NCBI GenBank assembly: GCA_950097015.1
Contig: CATNEN010000040.1
Span: 124,001 to 188,000, forward strand
Reading direction: 5' to 3'
Length of the DNA stretch: 64,000 bases
DNA from: Macrostomum hystrix
Lineage: Eukaryota > Animalia > Platyhelminthes
Made by a program: the position numbers and the translations under genes. Every line of letters starts with the position of its first letter. Position 1 is the first letter of the stretch. The notes below the pieces were generated by a model, which ran no database searches, was not told the DNA's origin, and was given only the letters and a program-made list of their open reading frames with translations. Positions 26,000 to 39,900 of the stretch are shown here, one piece after another.

Positions 26000-28900
26000 A
26001 TGAGCGCTCGCGGCGGCGACAAGTCCCGCTACGCTAAGCAGGAGATACCGGCCAACTACGGCCAGGTGCTGCAGCACGCGCGCCATAGGGCGGCCGCGGC
26101 GGCAGCTGCGGCGGCGGCCGACGCGCCGTCTTCCAAGCGACGCCAGGCCGATCGAGAGCAGGGCTTTCGCTTGTACTTTAGCGGCGCCAATCACAATCAG
26201 CAGCAGCAGCAGAAGACTGCCAGATTGGCTGCTGGCGGCGGCGACACTGCGGCCGTAGCTGGCGGCGCCGCTTACACTAGCAGGAAGGCGAAGACCTCCA
26301 CCGGAAATCGCGCTCAGCAGCAGCAGCAGCAGCAGCGATCTCGCACTGCTGCACCGCCTCGCAAAGGTTGGGCAGCCGGAGACCAGGACATTCTGATTCG
26401 CACCCAGACCGGTGATCTGGTCAATGTGCCGGCGCCCTATCGCTACGAGCAGGACTTCGAAGACTCGGACGAAGCTCAGACCGAGTCGCTGCTGCTATCT
26501 GCTAGGGATGTCCACGCCCTCCGCCAGAGCATCATGCAGCTAGGCGGCCTGAAGGATGATCCGGGCGGCGACTGCGACGACAACCGCGCCAGCCCTGTTG
26601 AAGACGAGGATCTGCCCAGAGATTCAGCCGAGGACAATGACGACGTCCTAGATCGGGAGCTGGATAGCGTCCGGTCGGCTGCTGAAGACCCCGACATCAA
26701 CGGCGAGAAGGTCGACAACAACCAATTGGACGCTCGAGTTGTTCTTCAGCTTCGGAAATCTCTCGGGCCGGCTTATGACGAGGGCCACAAATTGGATTAT
26801 ATAATACAGCGCATTATGGAGCTGTCTGTTGGCCAGCGTGACCGCCTCATGCAGGCCTTCGCTCACATTGATCAGCAGCAGCAGCCGACTGTGCAGAAGG
26901 TTGACGGTGAGTCTATTGGAAGACTGAATTTACGTTTTGAGATCAGTGCTTATGGCGGAGACTATATTCAATTATGGGGATATATCTGTTTGGGATCAGT
27001 GGGATCAGTCCTCAGTGCTTCAGTGGGGACACTGAATTCCATAAAAAACAACTCCACCAATGCAGCCAAAGAAGCCGCCGTATCAGAAGCAAAGCCGGCT
27101 AATCGAGAGCCTGCGGACAGTCACGTGACCCGAATACGGTTGCACAGCAACTGGGGCCACCCGGGAATCATCGGCCTCACCGAGCTGCAATGCTTCGACT
27201 CCGGCGGCAGCCAGATTCGCGTCGATCGCATCTGCCTAGACGAAACTAAAAGGCCGTCCATTGTTCTGGAATGCCTAATTAATGGCCGCTATCTGACTAA
27301 CAAAGAGCGAAACATGTGGACCTGTCCGTTGCTACCCGGCCATCCAATCGATATCTACCTGCACACGGCTAAGCGACCAGCAAGCCTGAAGGTTTGGAAC
27401 TACAATCGCAGCCTGCAGACTTTGGAAATTGGCGCCAGGCGAGTAGAAATCGCCATAGACAATGGCCCGGTGCTGTTCTCTGGCGACCTCGATAAAGGCT
27501 GCGGCTCCCAGGGCATCGACTTTGGCCAGAAGATCCTACTGCTGGCCAACAAGGCTAAGCTGGGCGTCGGGGTGACCATCAACGATGACGAGCTGGTTTC
27601 AGCAGCCGAACTCAGCCGGCAGCACAAGAAGTACGTGAAAACTCCCCGCCTAGCCGCTTCGCCTCGTGGCGCAACTCGCAAATTAGATATCGACGAATCC
27701 TCGCCGTCGGCATCGTCAATGAATAAGCGCCCAACTGCCGCAGTCGACGAGGCTCTGCTAGGCGACGATGCCGAAGATCAAGACGCCTCCTGTCTGATGG
27801 ACAAGGTGCGCCTGATGCGTCGTAGTCGGCAAGAGAAGAAGGCGGCAGCGGCAGCTGGCGGTTCCTCCACCGCGGACAGCGTCGATTCGCCCAGACCTCC
27901 GGCTGTCAGCGCCGAGGAGCTCGGCCTAACAGCTGCCGCACCGCCTCCGCCAAAGTTTGGCCGCAGGTCCCGCCTGGCCGACAACGACAACAGCGCGGGC
28001 GACTTCGGATATCGCGCCGACCTAGAAAAATCCTGGGCTTCGTTGAATCAGTTCAACAAGGTGACGGCCGGTCGACTTGACACCCGACCGGAGGGAGACG
28101 CCTTGGACAACCTGCTCCAGCGAGCTGCTCGACTAGCTTCGCCCGCGCCTCCTCAGCAACAGCAGCAGCCGCCTCCGCCGCCGCCGCAACAGCCGCCACA
28201 ACCGCCCACATCGTCGCAGCCTTCGGGCTATTCAGCCGACGAGTTGGAAGCCAACGGCTTTGTTATACCTGAGCTGCCAGCTGGCCAGCTGTTGCACCTG
28301 AACATCCTGGACACCTGGGGCGATCCGCACTATGTGGGCCTCACAGGGTTGGAATTCTTCAGCTCCACCGGTGAATCAGTTCGCGTTGTCGACATCTCCG
28401 CCGATCCGTCCGACATCAATGTGCTGCCAGAGTACGACTCAGATCCGCGCGTGGTTGCCAATTTGATTGACGGTGTTAATCGCACCTTTGACGAGGTGCA
28501 CATGTGGCTCTGCCCGTTCACTCCGGGCCGGGGCCATCACATCTATGTGACCTTCGCTGCGCCCGTACAGCTGGCCATCCTGCGAGTGTGGAACTATAAC
28601 AAATCCAGGGTGCATTCTTCGCGCGGCGCCCGCCTCATCGACGTCGCCCTAGACGGCGTTAGAATTTTCTACGGCGAGATCACGCGCGGCTCCCACGAGA
28701 CGATTCTATTTACTGAGGATGACGCTATACTAGAGCGCGTGTGGCAGAATGACCTCAGTTTGCAGGTGCGCGTGAATGTGTATTAGCTAGATAATATTCC
28801 AGCATATTTCTGTGCATAGATGCAAATTGAATGCTCTTACTGTTGTACTGTAGAAAGAAAGGCAGTACATTATTTTAAACACAGGCACATTATTTCGTAA

Positions 28901-31900
28901 ACGCATGCTCATTATTTAGTGCACACATGCTTATTATTTAGCACTGGGTACGTCACATGGCGCCCTGCACATACATGTGCATAATTCAATGCATCTGTAC
29001 ATAATTTAGCACGCCTGTACATAATTAACCACACCTGTACATAGTATAACGCACACGTACAGAATTTGACACACCTGTACAAATTAAAAGCACCTGTACA
29101 CATTTAACACACCTGTACATAATTTGACGCACCTTTACTTTGTAGGACCTGGAGACCGAGCCGGACACCATGCCCATGACGCATCGTCCGAGAACTCGCG
29201 ACTCCGACGAGCAACGCGAGAAGCGCCTAGCCGAGCTGGACATTGTGCCAGTGCCCATCTCTTCAAAGTCTTCGACTAATCGCCCCGTGACATCGGCAAA
29301 GGCGGTGGCAGATTCAGCCGCGCCAAAGATTTACGCTGTGCAGGGCCAGCAGTTGACTCTCAACCTAGTTGACACCTGGTCCGATCCTCATTACATTGGT
29401 CTAACAGGTATCGAACTGGTGGATTCCACTGGTCAGTCTGTACCGCTGAGACCGGACCAGCTGCGGGCTGAGCCTAGGGATATGCGAGTTATTCCCGGCT
29501 GCGAATTGGATGAGCGAACCCTGGACAAACTGGTGAATAGCGTCAATAACACCACGGACGATGTGAACATGTGGCTGGTACCATTCACTAAGGGCGCTGA
29601 TCACACTGTCACAGTCACTCTGGACCGGCCAACCCAGCTGCTCACTCTGCGACTATGGAATTATAACAAATCACCTGAGGATTCTTATCGTGGAGTTAAG
29701 GTTTGTGGATGAAGCCTTCTGTTTTAGTCATTACCCTGTCCGGCCTTCTGTTTGGTCATTACCCTGTCCGGCCTTCTGTTTGGTCATTACTCTGTCTGGC
29801 CTTCTGTTTAGTCATTACCCTGTCCGGCCTTCTGTTTAGTCATTACCCTGTCTGGCCTTCTGTTTAGTCATTACCCTGTCCGGCCTTCTGTTTGGTCATT
29901 GCCCTGTCTGGCCTTCTGTTTAGTCATTACCCTGTCCGGCCTTCTGTTTGGTTATTACCCTGTCCGGCCTTCTCTTTAGTCATTACCCTGTCTGGCCTTC
30001 TGTTTAGTCATTACCCTGTCCGGCCTTCTGTTTAGTCATTACCCTGTCCGGCCTTCTGTTTAGTCATTACCCTGTCCGGCCTTCTGTTTAGTCATTACCC
30101 TGTCCGGCCTTCTGTTTAGTCATTACCCTGTCTGGCCTTCTGTTTAGTCATTACCCTGTCCGGCCTTCTGTTTAGTCATTACCCTGTCCGGCCTTCTGTT
30201 TAGTCATTACCCTGTCTGGCCTTCTGTTTAGTCATTACCCTGTCCGGCCTTCTGTTTAGTCATTACCCTGTCCGGCCTTCTGTTTGGTCATTACCCTGTC
30301 CGGCCTTCTGTTTAGTCATTACCCTGTCCGGCCTTCTGTTTAGTCATTACCCTGTCCGGCCTTCTGTTTAGTCATTACCCTGTCCGGCCTTCTGTTTAGT
30401 CATTACCCTGTCCGGCCTTCTGTTTAGTCATTACCCTGTCCGGCCTTCTGTTTGGTCATTACCCTGTCCGGCCTTCTGTTTAGTCATTACCCTGTCCGGC
30501 CTTCTGTTTAGTCATTACCCTGTCCGGCCTTCTGTTTAGTCACTACCCTGTCCGGCCTTCTGTTTAGTCATTACCCTGTCCGGCCTTCTGTTTAGTCATT
30601 TCCCTATCTGGCCTTTTGTTTTATAAAACATTAATTAGTCATTACCCTTTTCTGTTTAGTCTGGTCATTACCCTACTCGTTAAGCCAATCGTTCCGCCTC
30701 GCCCACGCACGCGCCGCAGGTGATGCACATCCAATTAGACGGCCGGTACTTGTCGCCGGAGCTTGGCTTGCTAGTTCGCAAAGCGCCCGGCCATAATTAT
30801 TACAACTTTGGCCAGGACATTGCGCTGGCGGATTTGATTCGTCAGCCCTCGGCGGCAGCTGGCAGAGGTTGCACTATTGAAGATCAGCAGCATCAGCACA
30901 GCGGCAATCTGCCGTGCGGCTTTGTCTACCAGCTGAATCTGTTGAATGCTCACGGCGATCTGTACTACATCGGCCTGACTGAGCTGCAGCTGTTCGACGA
31001 AGCCGGCCGCCGAATCGAGCTGGGCAACGGCTGCGGCTTTGTGGCTGCTCAGCCGGAGAGTATCAACTCTCTCGACGGAGTTGAGAATGATGTTCGCACT
31101 CCGGACAAACTGGTATGCCGCATTTGAACTCGCGGATTTGTTTGAATTTGCGAGTGCTGTGCAGGAATTACTTTTTCAAGTCCAGGTCAAATGGTATTGC
31201 CAGTTATCTAAGTAGGAAACTTCCCAAGAAACTTTCGTTTACCTTGGGTTTGAAACTTCCCAGGAATCTTACAAACAGTTCCAGTTGGGAACTTCGCAGG
31301 AATCTTCCCAAGAATCTTCCATGGAATCTTTTAAAAATTTCGAGTTGGAATCTTCCCAGGAATCTTACAAACAGTTCGAGTTGGAATCTTCCCAGGAATC
31401 TTACAAACAGTTCGAGTTGGAATCTTCCCAGGAATCTTACAAACAGTTCGAGTTGGAATCTTCCCAGGAATCTTACAAACAGTTCGAGTTGGAATCTTCC
31501 CAGGAATCTTACAAACAGTTCGAGTTGGAATCTTCCAAGGAATCTTACAACAGTTCCAGTTGGAAACTTCCCAGGAATCTTCCCAGGAATCTTCCAAACA
31601 GTTCGATTTGGAATCTTCCCAGGAATCTTACAAACAGTTCGATTTGGAATCTTCCCAGGAATCTTACAAACAGTTCGATTTGGAATCTTCCTAGGAATCT
31701 TACAAACAGTTCGAGCTAGAATCTTCCAAGAAATATTTCAAACAATTCAAGCTGGAATCTTCCCAGGAATCTTCCGAGGAATCTTTTAAACAGTTCGAGT
31801 AGGAAACTTCCCAGGAATCTTTTAAATAGTTCGAGTTGGAACCTTGCCAGGAATCTTACAAACAGTTCGAGTTGGAATCTTCCCAGGAATCCCGAGAAGT

Positions 31901-32438
31901 CGAAACAAATGTTAAGAAGAATCCATGATTTTTTTACTTTACTCCTCCCTTCCAGGTGGACGGCGTACTGGACTGCCCGGTTGGCGGGCACAGCTGGCTG
32001 GCCCCAATCCTGCCCGGTGCAGACAACCGGCTCTATCTGGTTTTCAATCGGCCAGTGTGCGTCAGCAAGATTCGCCTGTGGAACTATTCCAAGACTCCAT
32101 CCCGTGGTGTCCGCGACTTCAGCGTGCTAGTCGACGAACTGTTGATCTTCAACGGCACCCTGCCGCGCTGTGACAGAGCCTCCGCTGACGACTATCACAC
32201 CGTGTTGCTAGGCGAGCCCGAACTGCAGCATAGGCTGCAGAATTCGGCTGAAAAATCCATTATTAATAATCGTGAGGTGCTGTTCGAACACGACATTTTG
32301 TTAATGAACGATCAGCGAGTTGTACACGACTCGGGCAGCAGGCTGCAAAAGCAGCAGCAGCAGCAGCAGCAACAGAAGAAAAAGGCCTTCCCAGATCCCA
32401 TGTTGAGGCCGAAGACTTCGATTGTGCGTCATCAGTAA
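26000..32438 (+). CDS. KATNIP: Katanin-interacting protein (KIAA0556), 5 exons, about 1345 aa
   Basis: Exons 26000-26906, 27066-28765, 29146-29700, 30720-31112, 31956-32438, phase-consistent. N-terminal REQGFRLYFSGAN motif and four DUF4457-type repeats (e.g. LNILDTWGDPHYVGLTGLEFF...VWNYNKS; LNLVDTWSDPHYIGLTGIEL...LWNYNKS). Confidence 0.92.
28910..29130. repeat. Degenerate about 20-bp tandem repeat, KATNIP intron 2
   Basis: Recurrent ACACACCTGTACATAATT-like units. Confidence 0.7.
29714..30670. repeat. 28-bp minisatellite, KATNIP intron 3
   Basis: Unit GCCTTCTGTTTAGTCATTACCCTGTCCG, about 32 copies, starting 13 nt after the donor. Confidence 0.95.
31215..31900. repeat. 36-bp minisatellite (three 12-mers), KATNIP intron 4
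   Basis: Unit GGAATCTTCCCA-GGAATCTTACAA-ACAGTTCGAGTT. Confidence 0.95.
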
Positions 32439-33337
32439 TTTCTTTGGACTAAAACACACATCAACTACTGTTAGTAGTTTAGCATCTTTAGCGGGTTTTC
32501 TTCAGAACAATTTGTGCAGTGAGTAAAATTCATTTGACGGCTGGGTGTAAGGTGAACATGGATATCCTACAAAATAGTGTACTGCGTCGTGTTTGCTGTA
32601 ACCACGAAAAAATATGTACAATTACCTGTTTCTCTTTGACAGATATATACATATACGTGATGCGTTTTGCCAACAATCAAGCTAGATTCGATATATAATA
32701 TTGTATTGTTCCTGTTGTTGTTACTACTTGAACACCGCCTTGTCATTATTTTTGAACAATTGATAAGCTCGCTAGTTTCCTTTATAAAGTCGACAACTGT
32801 CTGAGCACAACAATTTTCTAAATTGAGCACAATTACTTATTTTATCCGTCTTGTCCGTCTGCTTTTGATTATGCTTTTATACTCGACGGATATCAAGAAA
32901 TTATATTTCAGCCTTCACATATCCGTCCTTTCTTTGCAGTCCATTTATTAATTTCCTTCGATACTTTTTTAGTTGTTGCTTTTTACTTCTTCTGGTATAG
33001 TTGTGTTATTATAATACTAATAGTAGCATGCTAAGCATTCTAAAGTGGTTGCTTTTGATCTTGTTCTGCTTTTTCTTCTTAACTATTTTATTGTAATTGA
33101 ATTTCACACTGTGATATTTTAAACGCGCAATGCTCGTGTAGACTTTGGCCAGTGCTGTTGATGCCTCTATGAATTGATTATTTCTGCACCCTCCGTCCCA
33201 GTTTTCAAGTCAAGGCTTGTAATTTACTTGTTTCAATAAATATCATTCTTGTTTACCTACATTTTTGCACGTCAAACTTTTATGAAAGATGCCGCGTTTT
33301 AGTATTTTGCTTTTAAAATAAAAATTAGTGAAATATA

Positions 33338-33815
33338 GGATCTCAATCCTCATTGTCCTCAGATGAAGGGAGCTCAATCCTCATTGTCCTCAGATGAAGG
33401 GAGCTCAATCCTCATTGTCCTCAGATGAAGGGAGCTCAATCCTCATTGTCCTCAGATGAAGGGAGCTCAATCCTCATTGTTCCTCAGAGGAAGGAAACTC
33501 AATCCTCATTGTCCTCAGATGAAGGAAACTCAATCCTCATTGTCCTCAGATGAAGGGATCTCAATCCTCATTGTCCTCAGATGAAGGGATCTCAATCCTC
33601 ATTGTCCTCAGATAAAGGGATCTCAATCCTCATTGTCCTCAGATGAAGGGATCTCAATCCTCATTGTCCTCAGATGAAGGGAGCTCAATCCTCATTGTCC
33701 CCAGATAAAGGGATCTTAATCCTCATTGTCCTCAGAGGAATGAAACACAATCCTCATTGTTCTCAGATGAAGGGATCTCAATCCTCATTGTCCTCAGAGG
33801 AAGGAAACTCAATCT
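33338..33815. repeat. 31-bp intergenic minisatellite
   Basis: Unit AGATGAAGGGAGCTCAATCCTCATTGTCCTC, about 15 copies. Confidence 0.95.
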
Positions 33816-33966
33816 AAAAGTCCTCAGGTGATGAAAAAAATTTTGTGTACAAAAATTTCTCTAAATTCATTTCAGCAATCAATTAGTAAAGCATTTCCTA
33901 GAAACAGTTGAGCATCTCATCGACTTCTCCAAAGAAGAAGCAGGACCCGAGAAGGGCTGACAGAGA

Positions 33967-36900
33967 ATGCAAGCCGCCTCAGATTCCACGATCAGCCTAG
34001 ACCCGTCTGACAATTCTGCTCAGCAGAAGATAGTATTCCTATCGGACTCAGAAATCGGTGAGGATTGTCCGGCCACCAAAGAGTCCAATTCCAATGCCGC
34101 TGCAGCTGCAATTTCAACAGTTTCAATTACAACTGGCGCCTCAGCCGTGGCCGGCTCCGTTTCCATGGTAGTGCCCGGCGATGACAGCAGCAGCACCATA
34201 CAGACTTACAAGCTCATGCCTATTAAAATCTGCCTGAGCGAATCCGACGAAGATGGAGAACAACACGGCGGCGGGGGCGGCAGGAGCGAAACGGCAGCCG
34301 GCGGGTCCTATTCACATTTCTGCTCCGATTCCGAGCTGCGCAGGCGGAGTCTGCGAACTTCCGACCCGAATAAGGCTGAGCCGAATCACTCCTCGCAGTC
34401 GGAGTTCTATTTCGGATTGAGTCGCCGGTCTATCAACGGCAACGGTCGGACCCGCCGACAATGGTCACAGGAGAACATGCTGAAGGCCTACAATGCGGTG
34501 GTAAATCTGGGCCTGCCTCTACGGTTGGCCGCCACCAAGTTTAAGGTAACTAAACACATTTTTCTCACTTTGTCGATTTCAACTCATCAAATGTTATTCA
34601 GATTTTTACCACTGGAACCTCATCTCATCTCCATTTCTGTACACTTTTTCATGCCTCAATTCTACCCGAATCTCATCACAAACCATCAGTTTCATTATGA
34701 ATTTTTGGAATCTGAATCTTACATGAATCTCACTTGAATCTCACCTAAATCTCACCTGAATCTCAAATTAATCTTATCTATATCTCACCTAAATCTCACC
34801 TTAATCTCACTTGAATCTCACATGAATCTTATCCATATCTCACCTTAATCTCACTTGAATCTCAAATTAATCTCATCTATATCTCACCTAAATCTCACTT
34901 TTATCTCAAATTAATCTCATCCTTATCTCACCTAAATCTCACCTGAATATCACCTGAATTTACAGGTGCCTGAGAGCACCCTGCGCGATCGCCTCCACGG
35001 CCGGGTGAACATCAACTGCACCCGGCCCGGACCGCAGACGTTCTTCACAGCAGGCGAGGAGCACCGCATAGTGGATCATATTCTATTCCTGCACCGCATT
35101 GGCTATACTGTGCTGCGCAAGCATATCACTGAGACTGCCAATCACCTGCTGCGCCTCACCTCCCGCGCCACCCGCCTGAGTATCGGCGAATCCGGCGACA
35201 CTATTACCGACGAATTCGACGACGTCAAAGATCCGCTGTTGATGAACTCGTCTAGTCACGACTTTGTGTCTCTGGCCTCGGCTATGGAGACTCAAACCTG
35301 GCTGTCTGAGCAGTCCACAAGCAGGCGGGCGCCGGCCTCTGTTACTATGCCGCAGTTAAACAAGCGCCAGGTATCAAGCCTGCCCAGCGCCTCCTGGCTC
35401 TATTCATTCACGCATCGCTGGCCAAAGATTAAGGAGTGCGTCTCTATGAGCAGTCATCATCGCCGCTACGTTATCGAGGATGAAGTTACGGACGCTAACC
35501 GGATCACCTATTTGCGGTGAGTGGCATGCGAGCTCATCTTTAAACTGTTCCGCGGCGAGGCCACATTCATTTGGTGCGCAGCCGCGGAGAGAAGGCTTGG
35601 AGGCTTGTCGTGCAAATTTACGACTTTGAGGGCCTACTCTGGCTGCAGGTCTAGTGTGACCAATTGATGTGCCACTGCCCGCAGCCCTCCTGCAATTATT
35701 ATTAAGACCACGGGGATATTTCAATTGCCCGCTGCCTACTTCAAGATAGCTCCCAAACCGAATGACCGATTTTCGTATAAAAGTCCGTCAAAAGAATCAA
35801 ATTTTCGGCCATTTACGATGAACTAAATGAACATGGTTACATCATGATCAATTATGTGAGCAAAAATATTACGCTTTTATTGTTAGTTTTTGCCACCAGA
35901 CACCCCGACGAGAATCCTTGAATGTCTCGACGATGCCGATGTTTTGTGATTCTGGATGTTGTTGCATCATATAGATTCGTAGTGATTTGTTAAATCTTTT
36001 TGTGGATATTTTTAATATTTTACACGACCGAGTCGCACCTGAAACCCTCGCCTCCCGCCCGCCCGCAATCCCATGCAGCGCATTGACCAAGGTAATGCTG
36101 AAGCACAAGATTAGCTCCGATCTGTCCCGCTACTGGATGATGGACGAGGCGTCGATGAGCTGCACGACTCATCCGCCGCGCCTGATGAACTGCCAAACCC
36201 AGCGACTGCAGATGCCCTACCAGAGCGAGTTTCCGCACGTCACTATAGTCGGAGCCGGCAATGCTGTTGGCGACTCCGTGCCTCCATTCCTGCTTTACCG
36301 GGGCGCCCAGGTGAGCTATTCTGCTTCGATTGATTATCTAGCTTAACTTGCAGTTTATCTACTCCTTCCTGACAGTCTTGCCTACTCCTTCCTGACAGTC
36401 TTGCCTACTCCTTCCTGACAGTCTAGCCTACTCCTTCCTGAAGTCTTGCCTACTCCTTCCTGACAGTCTAGCCTACTCCTTCCTGACAGTCTTGCCTACT
36501 CCTTCCTGACAGTCTAGCCTACTCCTTCCTGACAGTCTTGCCTACTCCTTCCTGACAGTCTAGCCTACTCCTTCCTGACAGTCTAGCCTACTCCTTCCTG
36601 AAGTCTTGCCTACTCCTTCCTGACAGTCTAGCCTACTCCTTCCTGAAGTCTTGCCTACTCCTTCCTGACAGTCTAGCCTACTCCTTCCTGACAGTCTTGC
36701 CTACTCCTTCCTGACAGTCTAGCCTACTCCTTCCTGACAGTCTTGCCTACTCCTTCCTGACAGTCTTGCCTACTCCTTCCTGACAGTCTAGCCTACTCCT
36801 TCCTGAAGTCTTGCCTACTCCTTCCTGACAGTCTAGCCTACTCCTTCCTGACAGTCTTGCCTACTCCTTCCTGACAGTCTAGCCTACTCCTTCCTGACAG

Positions 36901-39900
36901 TCTTGCCTACTCCTTCCTGACAGTCTTGCCTACTCCTTCCTGACAGTCTTGCCTACTCCTTCCTGAAGTCTTGCCTACTCCTTCCTGACAGTCTTGCCTA
37001 CTCCTTCCTGACAGTCTTGCCTACTCCTTCCTGACAGTCTAGCCTACTCCTTCCTGACAGTCTAGCCTACTCCTTCCTGACAGTCTAGCCTACTCCTTCC
37101 TGACAGTCTAGCCTACTCCTTCCTGAAGTCTTGCCTACTCCTTCCTGACAGTCTAGCCTACTCCTTCCTGACAGTCTTGCCTACTCCTTCCTGACAGTCT
37201 AGCCTACTCCTTCCTGACAGTCTAGCCTACTCCTTCCTGACAGTCTAGCCTACTCCTTCCTGACAGTCTAGCCTACTCCTTCCTGACAGTCTAGCCTACT
37301 CCTTCCTGACAGTCTTGCCTACTCCTTCCTGACAGTCTTGCCTACTCCTTCCTGACAGTCTTGCCCGCTAAAAAATTGGGATGTTTCTTTGGGTGATTCC
37401 AGTCGGAATCTGCGGTGTTTCCAGAAAAAGAAACAGCCGAACGCTGGAAACATACAAATCGGATGATTCCATGCTTGGAATCTGCCGAACTGGGCAGTTT
37501 CTCGGTGCTTCTTGGTAGCGAAATGGAAGCAACCGAATCAAATCAATGGAAACTACCCTAGCCCTACCCTAAACTACCTTTCCTGACCTCCCTAACTACC
37601 TTTCCTGACCTCCCTAACTACCTTTCCTGACCTCCCTAACTACCTTTCCTGACCTCCCTAAACTACCTTTCCTGACCTCCCTAACTACCTTTCCTGACCT
37701 CCCTAAACTACCTTTCCTGACTACCCTAAACTACCTTTCCTGACTACCCTAAACTACCTTTCCTGACTACCCTAAACTACCTTTCCTGACTACCCTAAAC
37801 TACCTTTCCTGACTACCCTAAACTACCTTTCCTGACCTCCCTAACTACCTTTCCTGACCACCCTAACTACCTTTCCTGACTACCCTAAACTACCTTTCGT
37901 GACTACCCTAAACTACCTTTCCTGACCTCCCTAAACTACCTTTCCTGACCTCCCTAACTACCTTTCCTGACTACCCTAAACTACCTTTCCTGACTACCCT
38001 AAACTACCTTTCCTGACCACTCTAACTACCTTTCCTGACCACCCTAACTACCTTTCCTGACTACTCTAACCATCCTAATAACCCTTACTACTCGACTACT
38101 TTATCCCTACTAAAGTCGACCTGCCTCCTCAACACGATACTCTCCAGGTGTACAAAGAGATGGTACTAGGCGCCACCAAGGGCACCAAGTTCACCTATTC
38201 GGAAACCGGCTACCTCAGCCCCGAGATCTTCATGAGCTGGCTTCTGCGACACTTCGTTGAATACGCCGGCTGCAGCCCGGACAACCCGACGCTGCTGTTC
38301 TATGACGGCCACCTGCTCTACGTCACCATCAGCGTGCTGGAGGAGGCTCGCCGCAAGGGCGTCATCCTGTTCCCGCTGCCGCCGCACGCTGGCGACCTGG
38401 GCATCTGCGCGAGCTTCTCGGCGCTGAACAAGTTCAGGGTGAGTGTAACTGCCTGCCTGTCTGCCTTGCTAATATTCGAGTAGCACCGATCGACACTAAC
38501 CAATGTTTGCCCACCCATCCCGCAGTACCACTTCTCTAAGTCCATGAATCTGCAGATGTGCCGCGCCCCAACCGACAAAGTCAGCAACCTGACCATCTGT
38601 CCATTCATTTGCTCGGCCTACAATAAGGCTGTCGGGCCGGCTTATCTGAAGGAGGTCTGGCGCACCACCGGCTTGGAGGATCTGGTGGCCCAGATTATGC
38701 CCGAGCTGCCGCAGTCATTCACCGTGCCGTCACAGCAGCAGCAGCAGCAGCAGCAACTGTCACCAACTTCTTCTGAGCCCGATCCACTCAGTATCGAAAT
38801 TTCTAACCAGCATCGCCAGAAGCCACAGCAGCAAAGTCAACCTCCTCCGGCCTCTTCAAAGCAGCAGATGCCCAGATTCAAAGTCGAGCCGCCCAATGAA
38901 GTATTCGAAAATGTCTGGGATGAGATCGCCACCCTGGCGGAGCACTCGCTGTTAACTGCCAGTGCGGAGGCTGCGGCTGCCGCATCTGGCAGCAACGAGG
39001 AGAAGGAAAACCAACAGGAGGATGACAGCGCTGCATCGTCGCCTCCGCTGGAGCTGTCGTCCGCTTCGCCTCCGCTGCCGCCTCCGCCGGTGACAACCGC
39101 CGCAACGAAGGCGACTTCAAAGTCAACCTTTGAGTCCGTGGTCGAGTTGCCCTCTGCGCCTCCGTCGTCATCCTCGGCGGCTTCGTCAACCGCGTCATCT
39201 GAGAGCTCCGTCCAGCCGGCTACAGCTGCCGGCTCGGCTGACCCGCTGACTCTAGCCATGGCGGCGGCTGAGGCCATCACCTTCGTGGACATCCATGCGG
39301 CCATTGCCGACGACGATTCCGACACCTTCTGCTTAACTGACGAGGCCGACATGGTTATCGACGAATTGAAGCGACAGCTGGCCCAGATTGATAAGCGACT
39401 GCGGGTCGTTGTTAAGAGCGCGTCGAGGAAGCGAGTGAGACATTATTGGATGATAGCAAATACTTGATTTTAGTCACCGACCATGGGGATTTGGATTCAT
39501 AGTGAATTCTCCCTTTTTATCCCATTCAGGACGCCGCGACCAACGCCGATTCGTTGAACAGTCCGGCTGAAAAGGTAGCCCGCCTGTCTTCGTCCTCAAC
39601 GTCGTCTCCGCCGCCAGCTGAGTTGTTGTCGTCATCGTCGTCAGCTGGCTCCGAGCAGCAGCAGCAGCAGCAGCAGCCAGGACAATCTGTTGAGCCACCA
39701 CCAGCCAGCAGCTGCATTGTGTGCGGCTGCTTAGCTCCGCCGACCTGTCTGCTAGTAAGTAGGGCATCCGGCAAGCCCGTGGTGACAGTGCCGCCGTACA
39801 CTGTCATCGAATGGGCCCAATGCGACTACTGCTCTGGCTGGCTGCATCTGCGGACCTGCTCGGATGACCGGGTGGTGCAGGACAATCTCGGCTTCTTCAA

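Noticed and set aside
31115-31991. Overlapping repetitive ORFs in several frames
   Set aside because: Products of the 36-bp array in KATNIP intron 4.
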